Shown here piece after piece: positions 11,049 to 21,797 of a stretch of 39,419 nt of DNA. Below the pieces are notes generated by a model that saw only the letters and a list, made by a program, of their open reading frames with translations, did no database searches and had not been told where the DNA came from. Each line of letters begins with the position of its first letter. Position 1 is the first letter of the stretch. Both the position numbers and the translations under genes were made by a program. The stretch is from Lenisia limosa (taxonomy: Eukaryota > Protista > Breviatea), in assembly GCA_001655205.1 (NCBI GenBank), contig LPNZ01008434.1:1-39419 (forward strand), given 5' to 3'.

Positions 11049-14000
11049 TCAGTGGAAAAAATATGGATCGTAATACATCCTTGGAAGCCATCCCAACCTC
11101 ATATAAGTCGCTAAAGCCCTGACTGCCTTAGTCCTCTCGTTTGACCGGTTCTCACAAACAGGCTGTGGATGGTGGAGTAAAATCTCACTCCATTTTGTTT
11201 TGTATTGTTTTTGACACCCCCCCCCCCCTCTCACGAAAGTCAACTTATTTCCTTGCATAACGGGGGGCTGCGCATCCAAAAAGGAAGCAATCAGACTCTG
11301 GAATGTTAGAATGATGTTGTGGGTGACAAACTTTTGGGGCTTCTCTCAGGAATGTAATCAAGCCAAAAGCGTTGTTGAGCACGACTGGCATTGGGTCCTG
11401 TGTTGTCAGGACTTTAGACATTTAGCATAAAGCAAAACAGTGAATCACTCCTAAAAAGGTTTCTACAGATACCTCAACTTCAGCGAGAGGCCAGAACCAA
11501 GAGGCGGCAAGAGAAACCAAGAGACGGGCACAAGGGGGCACGGGTTGGATTGCCTACGCGATAAACAAGTACGATTTAAGATATGAGACTGAAATATTGC
11601 GTGCATCTAACCTCTGGGAAGGCAATCGCGTCAACGCCTTGGATGACAAGAAGGTAATCATCGGGCTGAGGGACCATGCCTGCACTTGGCACCAGAGGCT
11701 GTTGGGCTCCTAAAATGTCATACAAGACTATGTAGCATACGGATACTCAGGAGATTGTCTGAGATAGCAGTGAAGAAAGACGTACGCCACTCCTTATCAA
11801 ATGGCGGGAGAATGAGCGACAACATCATCTACACCAGTCAGTCATGAAAAGTACAACCTTTGATGTCTCCTCGTGGCCGTCTGTGACCGATTTCAACTGT
11901 GCTCCGAGCCGGCTGGTTACTGCGGCAGCTCCACCGGGTGGCATAAGAATGCTGAACATTAAGTCTGTAAACAAACGCAACTTTTGAGTTGTAGTTTGTT
12001 CTTGTGATTATCAAAATGTTAACCCATATCCACTAGTGATATATCATCTGACTGACTTTCGAGTCGAAATGATGAACGAAGATAGCAAGAGGGTTCATCT
12101 CGAGTGTATCAGATTATCAGTGAGCTTTGTCAGTCAATTATCATACGAGTGGATATGAGGTATCGTATCACTGTGGAAAATGATAGTTCTCACGTGTGAA
12201 AATGATCCAAAAGTGATATGATCTGATGATATTTGGAGACAAAAGCCATACCAACCATTTGGAGATGTCAATTGTCTTCTTGGCCTTATTTGCCTTTCGA
12301 ATAAGTCTTGCCAGAGAGGAAACAACAGGCGTCAGGTGCGCCTGTAGAATATGCGAACTTGTGCTCAAAAGAAGCGGCTAGATGGTAATAAAAACGGCGG
12401 AACAAACCTGAAGGCAAAGGAAAGCCTCGGTACCATAGTCAAGAGGAGCTACACGGTTAGAAACCATTTCCGCCAACACAAACCCTTGCAGTTATTATCA
12501 GCGATAATGCCAAAAAGAGCCCATGATTGTCTTGTGATATCGGCATTTTCGTCTGTTAGCTAAAGGGTGAGCTAAATACGAGAGATGATGGTTATACCTC
12601 CATAACAGTCGGCAAGAGAGCCCAGTGCGGTGGCGGCGGAAGATTTGACAACTCCAACGGCAACGCCAGTGTGGGCATGCTTCCGTCTTTGTTACCCAGA
12701 GCTTGTCCAAGAGCCCAACCTGAAGGCTATAACACGACTAATGGTACATACTTTTGGCGTTCAGCAATTTCTCCATATAAATTGGCATCAAAGTTTTCCT
12801 TAAAGTTCCCTCCAGTGCTTTTTGCTCCAATGAATCAATAGACTATAGAAATGAGAAGAAGAAAAAACCAACATGACAAAGACCATATGAATCGTCCAGG
12901 CCTGTCAAGTGCCACTGCTTCTTTGTTGTCGCTTTTCGTGATGCGTGCTTTCTGTTCCGTGAATACTCTTCTCTGACTCACCTCAAACTCTCGACCGTGC
13001 TTGCACCCATTGAATTGGCTGCATGAAGATACTTGGGGTCAAGAATGATGCTACTGAGCAGATGGGCAACTTGGGCCTAGAAATTATTGGAATGCATTGA
13101 ACTCACCTCATCGCCAGGTAGAAGATGGGGGAGAAGTGCAGCAGCCCAACCATGCAGTTCAGCTTGTTGTGTACACGAGAACTAAATAATGAAAGAAAGC
13201 GGGATAATTGTTACCTCGAGTCCTTGAACATTCGTCAATCTTTGAAGTGCTAAGACAGCCATCATTGACATTTGGACAATCGGGCGGCATCTAAACAGCC
13301 CTGTATGGCCCTGAGAGTCATCTCTCTCCTAATGCACCTTTCACTCACTTCATTGGATATCATTGGATTGCCACCGATGGCAGCTGTTTGACAGAGAATT
13401 GAAAGGAAATTGTCCAAAGCAGTCTCACAGACTTCCTCCGCCTGATCCTCGGTTTTCTTGGGTTTGGCAGAGGCAAGAATTTGGATACTGGGGGTATGGA
13501 ACTGCAGAAGAGTGTCTGTCAGACGAATGAGACCTGAACAGTGAGACTCCACTTCAGAAGAACAAAAATTGTAAATATTTTTGGTTTTGGCTGAGTCCCA
13601 CCATGGAGCAAGTTCGCAGAAGCAACAGCAGCCCTGCTTTGATCACGATTGTGGTGCGACGATTCCACGGCTCTACAGCCGTCAGAAAAGTAACGCTACA
13701 CTCACCTTGGAAGGCCTGCAACCCCATGGTAGGAGGCTTCCTCACACAACTCAGGAACTGAATTCATGTTAGAATTGCAATAATCCCACTTTGACATAAC
13801 TGAAGAGTCTTGGCAACACTTGAAGAGACCCAAAGGGACGAAATATCAGACATTGTCTGCGATACTTCCTTCAACATCTGCTCGTTATCTGTGTCGTTCT
13901 AAAAAGATCAGCCCTTCATCCTTATTTGAATACTGACATCCGATATGCCTCGGCATAGCCTCTTACGTGTTTGCTGACTATGGTTGCGAAATATGTGGCG

Positions 14001-17000
14001 ATAAACTGAATAGCGGCACCCGTCACTTCCATTTGGACCGTTCCACCCAATCCCGCTATCATCATAGGATCAACTGCACCAAACTACAAAGTTCAAATGA
14101 TGTCAGAGAAAACACTATAAAATGCCTGTATCTGGTACAAGATAATACTGTCATAAAGAAATAGAATACCTGCATCATGACTGCACGGGCAGGAGGGAAG
14201 AGAGCGGAAGCATGGACAGATGAAGCGTTATCTGGAGGAGGCATCAGTCCAGTTTCGCGTGCGGATTCAGCTGGAAGAGGAGCTTCAGGCAGTCTAAATG
14301 AAGAGTTAGAACGATTGATTTAGACTACGCAAACCTATCCAAAGAGTCACATGAGTCGGCCGCAGCACATAGGGCCTCAGCCATCAAAAGGACCAGGGTG
14401 AGACGTGACGTGGGCGGCGTCTGGGGGTGAAAGAGCGAGCCTTCTTACCATTGGAACTGATGTGGCAACAGGAGGCACAGAGCAGTAGCGGACCATTTCT
14501 GTCCAGGCCGCAGAAAAAGAATCCAATTCCAGACGATAAGCAAAGACGGTTCGATAGAGGAGAAGGCTTTCACGAACCAAAGCGGCTGCAAAAGTCATAC
14601 CCAACAACATTGCCACCAACCCTGCCACGCGTCTCTGTCACCACCAAGTGGAACGAAGAAGCGCATGCATGCAGAAAGGAACCCTCTATCCACGATCTAT
14701 ACGATCAAACGATCGTGAGCAGTCTCAAACCTCAATAGCATAACGCCGGGATGATGCTGCAATGATCTTCAGAAGCCGAACCGCTTTGGGGTGGGCTACT
14801 CCTACAATCCAGAATGAACACAAGACTCTCCTACCAGGCCGTCCATGCGGCATAGCGGTTGAAAACCCTCCAGCCCCCTCAGGCCCCGTGATTCTGCTCC
14901 AGCCGTCGGCACCTGACACCCAGCCGACCCACGCCGGCGGAAGTGAGTCCGGGCCGGGTGTAGTCGTCACCGCCGCAATAAACGCCGAAAAGACATAGTC
15001 CATTAAATGGGGGGTTCGAAGGATATGGTCACACGTCTTGATGGATAAAGAACCAATAATATATTACCTGATCAGAATGTCTGGCGATTCTAATGAGAAT
15101 ATCAAGGACAAGGTCAGCCACATGGGTTTCGCCCTCCTCCTCCAAAACATATCGAAGTCGGGCTAAGAGATTGGTTCTGATGAGCCCTTGTACCTAGAGA
15201 GTGAACTTCAAAGGGAGGAAGAAAAATAGGTTCGGATGTAAAACACCAGAGAATGAAGTTACATAATTCTTACCAAATCGCTTTGAACCAGATCAGAATC
15301 TGTGAGCCCATCACTTTCATCATCACTCATAACACTGGGTGCTAAAGGCAAATGCGATAAGCTGCTAACATCAGTTTTGATGGAGAAAGAACAATTATCC
15401 CCTGCTCCCTACAAATACGACATTTGAAGATCGCCTAAAGCTGGTTCGTCGCAAGGATGGATCAAAAGAGCGTGTAATGTATCAAGAGCTGCAAAACGAA
15501 CTACAAATATCAGTCATCTATTTTACCCATCTGTTTACAGAAAGATAATACCATGAAGAACTGACCATAACGGGAAGGATGGTCAATTCCAGATCTGCAC
15601 AGAAGAACAAGGCGATTGTTCACCATTGAGTTGATTACCGCTATTCCTTGAAACTCTCCTAGAATGTGAACCCTCCCGTTAAAAACTCTCAAAAATATCA
15701 CAATATGATGGTATTTATAACGCTGCCCTTATACCCTTCCTCACCATTATGGGCGCGCTTGATAATTTTCTTAATAACAACAAAGGCAAATGCGCATTGA
15801 TTTGCCACTTTAGAGCGTGTCAAATGGAACAGATTCTGAACAAGTGAGATGCTCAGTAACTTCCCTCAATCTTTAAACCCATCCCACAAATAGACTGTAT
15901 CCTGAGAGGTTACCATCTCCGTGGTGGTGAAGCACCGGTTTAGTGGATTCTTCTGATTGTATTTGGAGACTAAAGGTCAAATTTCCAATGAAAACTAACT
16001 TTCCCTCAAGGTTGAATCTTGAATTAGTGAACACTCCGGAGGCAGCTTTTTTCAATGCCTCTTCCTCGGTCAGTTTCTTCTGGTCTGAAAATGTCAAGGG
16101 AAAGCATTTGCCAACCTTCAGGCTGCTCCATCCACTGCAACTTTTCCTGTTCAACTTGGGGGAGAGTCGAGAGCATAACAGATTGTCCTGATGGAACTGC
16201 TCCAGGCTTTTTGAGCACACCCTACGTTGTTATAGCTCCATTTCAATAAGTTGTGAGAAAAAAATATATACTACATACAGTGACCAGGATAAGTCTTGAC
16301 CGATTTTCTACGTTATTTCTCAAGGAAAATAGGTCAAGACTATCCTGGTCACATAATATATCGATATAATAATACACAGTAAATAATTTATATCTTTGCT
16401 TTAAAGACTTCCATATTACTTCATACTAGCACTTCCATTATAACATCTGATATAGATATTAGATATAGTAATTATATAATTATATAATTATATATCACAT
16501 TGGTATGTGCATATGTTATGATATCATATAAGCAACTACATATATGCAGCAAACCTTTGGTTTTTCAGCTTCTTCTGTAACCTTGTCCTGAACCTTTTCG
16601 TCACCACCAGCCTTCTCTTCACTCTGTGGTTCGACCTTAAGAATTAAAACCATTGAACCACTGAGACCATTTAGGGTGCATACGAGGGCAATAGAGCCGG
16701 AAACCGAAGTGAGAGCCTCAGCCATGTCAAGAGGAAGGCCTGCCCACGGACCACTAGCGGCAACACCCTTGTCAACTGCTGCCTCTTCTAAATTGGAATA
16801 TCATCCCGCTGTTTGTCCAACTCGTCTGATACGATCTTTGTATAATATATGATTATTAACTTTTGTTTGGGCATTTGTTAACTTTCGTATGATTGTTATC
16901 CATTGAAGCACCAAGAATCAAACCTTTTCCTGGTTGAAAAGCCGACGGGAATATACTGTCCTCAACAGGGTCGGGCTGTGATGTGAAAAATGCAATATAA

Positions 17001-18233
17001 TTTGAACAAACATTCTCTTCCGCCTTCTTTCTGCTTTTTAGGAAGGCAAGTGACTCTATATTATCAGTTATCCATGCAATAATCGACCAACCATCTGAGA
17101 AAACAGACTCAATTTCAGCCAATGATTCTTTGATCTCCTTTGGGGTCATCTTTGCAAACATCTAAACAATTGAAATATGTTTTCTTCTTTTCAAGACACT
17201 TAATGTAATATAAAAACTATTGCTACACTTATTTAATGTACATAATTAATGTATCTTTTTATGCACATATGTATACATACCTCTGGTAATTCGGGGACCT
17301 CTTGTTTAGGCTTCTCTTCTGTGGTCTCCCCACGAATTCGCATAGCTTCATGTTTAACCTGAAGTATCACAAAGCTGGTACTTATTTTCCATCCTACGTC
17401 AAATTTTGCTCTGTTTTGCGCAACTGGAAATCCAGGTTCCTGAGATGGTACTGAGTTGGTCACCACTCTGGTTTTTCCTTTTGGAACAACTGAGATTGGC
17501 TTCATAATACCTTCTGCGGGGTTGAACTGGACTAAACAATGAGAAAAATTGCATAATGAGACAAATTGCATAATTTTCAATGGTGGTTGCCTCCTCACTT
17601 GTTTTTTGGGTGAATTCTCCGGGCTGCATTCTCTCTCTCGCAAACTTGGACACTTTGGCCTTCTTCAAAAACTGAGTTTCAACCTCATCTCCAGGAACAG
17701 AGGATCCTTAACAAAAAGTTAACACAGGTCATCTGAAAAGACTACGTACCACTCTCAGAAGGCTTAGAAGGACCTGACTTCGGCTTCTTTCTTCTGATCA
17801 CTAACGGCTTGGTCAGTGGCCCCTGTGGAACTGTCTCAGGTTGTACCTATGATATTATGTTGTCCTCACAGCATATCATGTTAGCCATAAATAGTTGCCC
17901 CAAACTTGAGCACGCGGTTTCTGCTCCACTAAATCAGGTACTTCTTCGTCTTCTTCGTCTTCTTTATCTGAAAAATTAGACATGACTAGAGAGGGTGGAT
18001 TGCAAACCATTTTTACTTTCATTAGTTCTGATAAGAGTGGCACTTGGCTGAATACCTGCTCTCATAAACATATCATTAACCTAAACGTGTAAAGTGAAAA
18101 TTAAAAGATTACCTTTTTCCTAAATCCCAACCCCAACCTCTTCCATATCTTCTTCTCCAAGCATATTCATTCGATTCAACCGTGGGTCCATCATATCATC
18201 CCCACCCATTCTATCCCGTGATGAAGGATGCAT
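11049..18233 (-). CDS. RPAP1: RNA polymerase II-associated protein 1 (RPAP1/Rba50), large multi-exon gene
   Basis: N-domain-like FAKMTPKEIKESLAEIES...SLAFLKSRKK; C-domain EKLQWMEQP...RFNLEG...VLHHHGDGNLSGYSL...LFHLTRSKVANQ; then LLCRSGIDHP...AALDTLHALLIHP and a long ARM-like helical region ending YMRLGWLPRMYYDPYFFH*. The start codon and the continuity of the distal exons are less certain. Confidence 0.8.
16280..16352. repeat. 73-nt near-perfect hairpin in a 333-nt RPAP1 intron (16222-16554)
   Basis: GTGACCAGGATAAGTCTTGACC (16280-16301) vs GGTCAAGACTATCCTGGTCAC (16332-16352), one bulged A. An inner GATTTTCT/GGAAAATA pairing is imperfect. Confidence 0.85.
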
Positions 18234-18479
18234 GTAGTGAACTACAAATCTGTCCACTGTACAATATATTTTAGTTCAGTGGGTGTATATGTATAAGCAG
18301 AGGTGTTGATCAGGTGTTGATTAAAAGGATTCAAGAGTGAAAAGCTGGTGAAAAAGAGGAGGGGAGTGGGGGGAGGGGGGTCCCAAACCAGTTTTGCGTT
18401 ACCGCTCAACGCAATCGCTCAAAATTCGTTTTTTTTTCGATTTTCGTCCTCTCTAAGTTGTTGTTAAGAGTAATTCAAT

Positions 18480-19155
18480 ATGCACCTTATGAAATGTGAT
18501 AAATGCGGTGACTTCACCCTCAAGGTTTGTTGAAGGTGGTCTTATTTGAGGCGTAGTGCCCATCTCCTTCCCAATGAAGATATGTTTTAAGAATTCTGAT
18601 CATTATGAAGACACAAATCTTCTCTCTGAGGGGCACCTGGTGTAGCCATTGAGCGCATTATCTGAATGCTGCTCTGGCTTCCAGGTGTACAATTACAATT
18701 ACATATTGCATCTTTGAATAGAATTGATGTATTCAGAAGGAGCACTGTGGCGAACGTTCCCGTTCTGCTCACCCTGGTAAGCCTCTTCTCCTTGCGTTGT
18801 CCCCGTTTCAAACTATTGCAATCTTTTATTTTTTTGCTAAAAGCAGCTTCATTGCCAATGCCCTTACAGCCTCGCAATTCCTATTCTATTCTTGGTTCCC
18901 AATCCCTTTTACACTTTAATTCCACTTGTGTATTTCTGTGTTTCTTCCAGAGACAACCGAATTTTTACGAATGAACGAACGAATCAGTGACAATCCAGCC
19001 CGTTTCTCTCCTGATGACAAGTTTTCAAGCCAGCGCGTTGCCATGAAGAAACGTCACGGAATCTACCCCCCATCTCTCCCTGCTACTATTGTAAGTCTAT
19101 ATTTCTTTTGCTAACAACCATCCTTGAATCAACCTCATTCTTGCAGAAATACTAG
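18480..19155 (+). CDS. NOP10: H/ACA snoRNP subunit NOP10, 4 exons (18480-18524, 18737-18776, 18999-19090, 19147-19155)
   Basis: Spliced: [61 protein letters not shown], with the hallmark [12 protein letters not shown]. Confidence 0.93.
18556..18636 (+). ncRNA. Intronic box C/D RNA predicted to guide U6 Am47 (mgU6-47 / SNORD7 / Z30-like)
   Basis: C-like ATGAAGA 18574-18580, D' CTGA 18596-18599, C'-like ATGAAGA 18605-18611, D CTGA 18626-18629, flanking stem GTGCCC/GGGCAC. Guide AATCTTCTCT (18616-18625) is complementary to U6 AGAGAAGAUU; the +5 rule gives A47 (human numbering). Confidence 0.8.
18634..18694 (+). ncRNA. Candidate single-hairpin ACA-box RNA element in NOP10 intron 1
   Basis: Stems CACCTGG/CCAGGTG, AGCCA/TGGCT, GAGC/GCTC and GCATT/AATGC, followed by T-ACA-ATT (ACA at 18689-18691). 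No H box and no assigned target. Confidence 0.45.
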
Positions 19156-19260
19156 ATGGATGCCTCCCTTCTAAATATGTTTTCTTTCTTTCTGTTTCGG
19201 TGTGATTCATTCCTTCTAGACCATCTATCCCCAGGCTCCCATACAAGTTAAATAGTACCT

Positions 19261-21491
19261 TCATATATCATCATAATACTGCAACTCTTCTCTGCTTTTT
19301 GAGTCACGTGTGTTGACGAAAAACCATGCGCCGCCAACACCAAGTCCGATAAAGAATAGAACTACTGCAATCCACTCGCCCGCTGAAAGTCCGGAGTCTA
19401 CAATATTAACCAGCAAGGAAGCGCTCCAACCTCCCCCTGAAATGTCTCTGTCGCTTGAAGTTGAATCGTCCGATGAACTGTCTTCTCTTTGCGAAAGATG
19501 GATCATTTCAAGAGTGTCTATAAATTAATTACAGTACACGCAATCTAACTTTCATCTGTCGTCACAATTATGTCCAAGTTGGAAGTGACCAAAGGAGTGC
19601 TCGTAATTTGCCCTCCAACACTCAATTCGGTAATCTAGGGGTAAGAACATCACAATTATACCTTACCTTTGAGAAATCACTACCAAGAACAAATATTTTA
19701 TGGCTTGTTGTAACAAGAATGACCTTTTCCTAAACAATCAAGAATAACCTATATAAGAAGACGATAAAACCAGATGACATTTGAACTGTGCCAAACCTAC
19801 GAACCTTTAACGATGACATCCCAACAACTGGGTTATGGAAGACTTGTCCCTGAATAATGAATGTGAGAAAGAAAAATATTCATTGGACTGAATTGTAGAA
19901 AGTCGTAGGTAGGAAGGGAAAGGTCTGGTGCTGGTGAAACTTGAGTTCTGAGAAAAAGTGGTCGGGGCAAAAAAAAATTGGGTAAAATTCCTGGGGTTGG
20001 GAAAAAATTTTGGGGTAAAATCCCAGACCATTGAAAGAGCGTCCGTTGTGATATCCCAGTATGAAATTTGGTCTCCTGTGGCAGTCTTGAAAGCAACCGC
20101 AATAATATCTGGATGCATGAATACTGAAGATCAGACGAGTATTGGAAGTCCACATACTTGGTTGTAATTCAGCCATGTAGAGGAACCGTCCAGGGAGTTC
20201 CATTGTTCGTTGAATACTTCCATTCTCAGCATCAACAACTGTCATTTTGTTCTCAGAAGCCACAATAACATGACCTGACTGGTATACTACAGTGCAGTGA
20301 GGAATGCTAACAGTATTTTTATATTTTGGTTGAGTTCTCACAACAAGAGATATACTCCCACATACATGAAGTCATAATTTGGGCTGATGCATCATTTGTG
20401 ACATTAATAAAACTTTCGGATTGCCAAATAACATGACCATAGTTATCTAAAGATAATTCGACAATTCGACCGCCATCCTATTTACATTAATAAACAGAAA
20501 GTGAAAGGCCACCTGAACCACAACACAGCCCTTGTCGCAAGACGACTCATCGTAATGTGCCGCAGCCAGTCGACGGTGAAGATTTGAAGGCTGTCAGTGT
20601 CAGAGTAAAATTAAAAAATTAGGCACGAACCCACACCTACAGTTGTTGAAGTGAAACTTCCATCGGTTGAAGTATAGTTCCAAATATGCAGCCCATCAGT
20701 TTGTGAAAATGCAACAATCTGCAAAGCTATGAGATATTGAACTTCTTTCTCACCTGTAGGTCTTTACCAACTGACACAGCCACTGTAACAACTAAATCAT
20801 CAGAGAGAGCCTCTAAAACAGCTTCTTGAGCCACAGCTAACCTGAGCTTCCAACTGTCAGGGGGGAGGGGGCAATGGGAAGTGCAGTGTCAACTCTCCAT
20901 TCCTAATCACATTAACTAAATAATCTTTCCCAACCAAGTCCAATGTGTTGAGCGAGTAAGCCAAAAGGGAGTGTTTGTTATGAAACCTTGGGTCCCGTAT
21001 TGGGACAAACATCATATCATCATCAATAGATGGGCTTCCAGTGACAACCTAAAGACAGACATAAGAAAAACTAACACAATAACTTACAGAATTAGGTGGA
21101 AGATTGAGAGGATCAGAGAGTTCTCTGGTGGCAAAAGGAATGAAGTCTATTTGGGAGCCTTTGCCAATTGCAACAACCTATGAATTGAGTCATCTCTCAA
21201 ACGAATACATAACAATAATCCACATACGTTTATATCAGCAACTGGAATCTCAGGAGTTTCTCCAAGATGAATCTCTGAGCGAACTGCAGATCCAACATCT
21301 TGACGAATAGGAAACGAGACGGAAGGGTGATGGTAGTTGCGATATGGTGTGAATCCAAGGAGAGGGAAGGCATCTAGTCGGTCAGTATGGTCATGTCATT
21401 TCTCCCCCTAGTTATCATGTACCCCCTCACGATCAGCAAGAGATGTGCCTAAAAGAAGTAGGAGAAGATGAATGAGCTGCATCCAGCCCAT
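19261..21491 (-). CDS. Hypothetical type I membrane protein with PQQ-like beta-propeller repeats
   Basis: Signal peptide MGWMQLIHLLLLLLGTSLA; PQQ-like segments DGLHIWNYTSTDG and GHVIVASENKMTVVDAENGSIQW; C-terminal TM helix WIAVVLFFIGLGVGGAWFFV and short tail ending EELQYYDDI*. Confidence 0.7.
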
Positions 21492-21797
21492 TTTGAAATG
21501 TGTATTATTCAAGTAAGAGTTCTATCTAGAATTTTCCAACAATGACAATAACCTGTTTTTTATTATATATATATATATATTTATGTTGCAAGTAATGTTA
21601 CAAAAACGCAGTGTTTAGAGGAAGAGGAGTGTTGTAAATAATATTATTTGGGGATACTTTACTCCAATTGCCAAAATCATTTCGGGTTTTTTTGGGAAAT
21701 AAAGGTTGATTATTTTTTTTTGGATTTTTTGGTTGTTTAGTTGTTAAATTAATAATAAATAGAGAGAGGGAGAGAGAAGAGATTTTCAAAAGTGAGG

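Noticed and set aside
16790-16830. Possible in-frame TGA (selenocysteine) in RPAP1: DRIRRVGQTAG*YSNLEEAAV (TGA at 16801-16803, minus strand)
   Set aside because: A canonical same-phase acceptor (ttccaatttag) lies just after the TGA, so the codon is most simply intronic. The upstream acceptor is a weak AAG, RPAP1 is not a known selenoprotein, and no SECIS was identified.
18120-18122. Apparent in-frame TAG in RPAP1 exon 1, suggesting a variant genetic code
   Set aside because: Using donor GTTGGG after GAG and acceptor gtattcag removes it. TAA, TAG and TGA all end genes here, and long exons (e.g. 36883-38100) have no in-frame stops.
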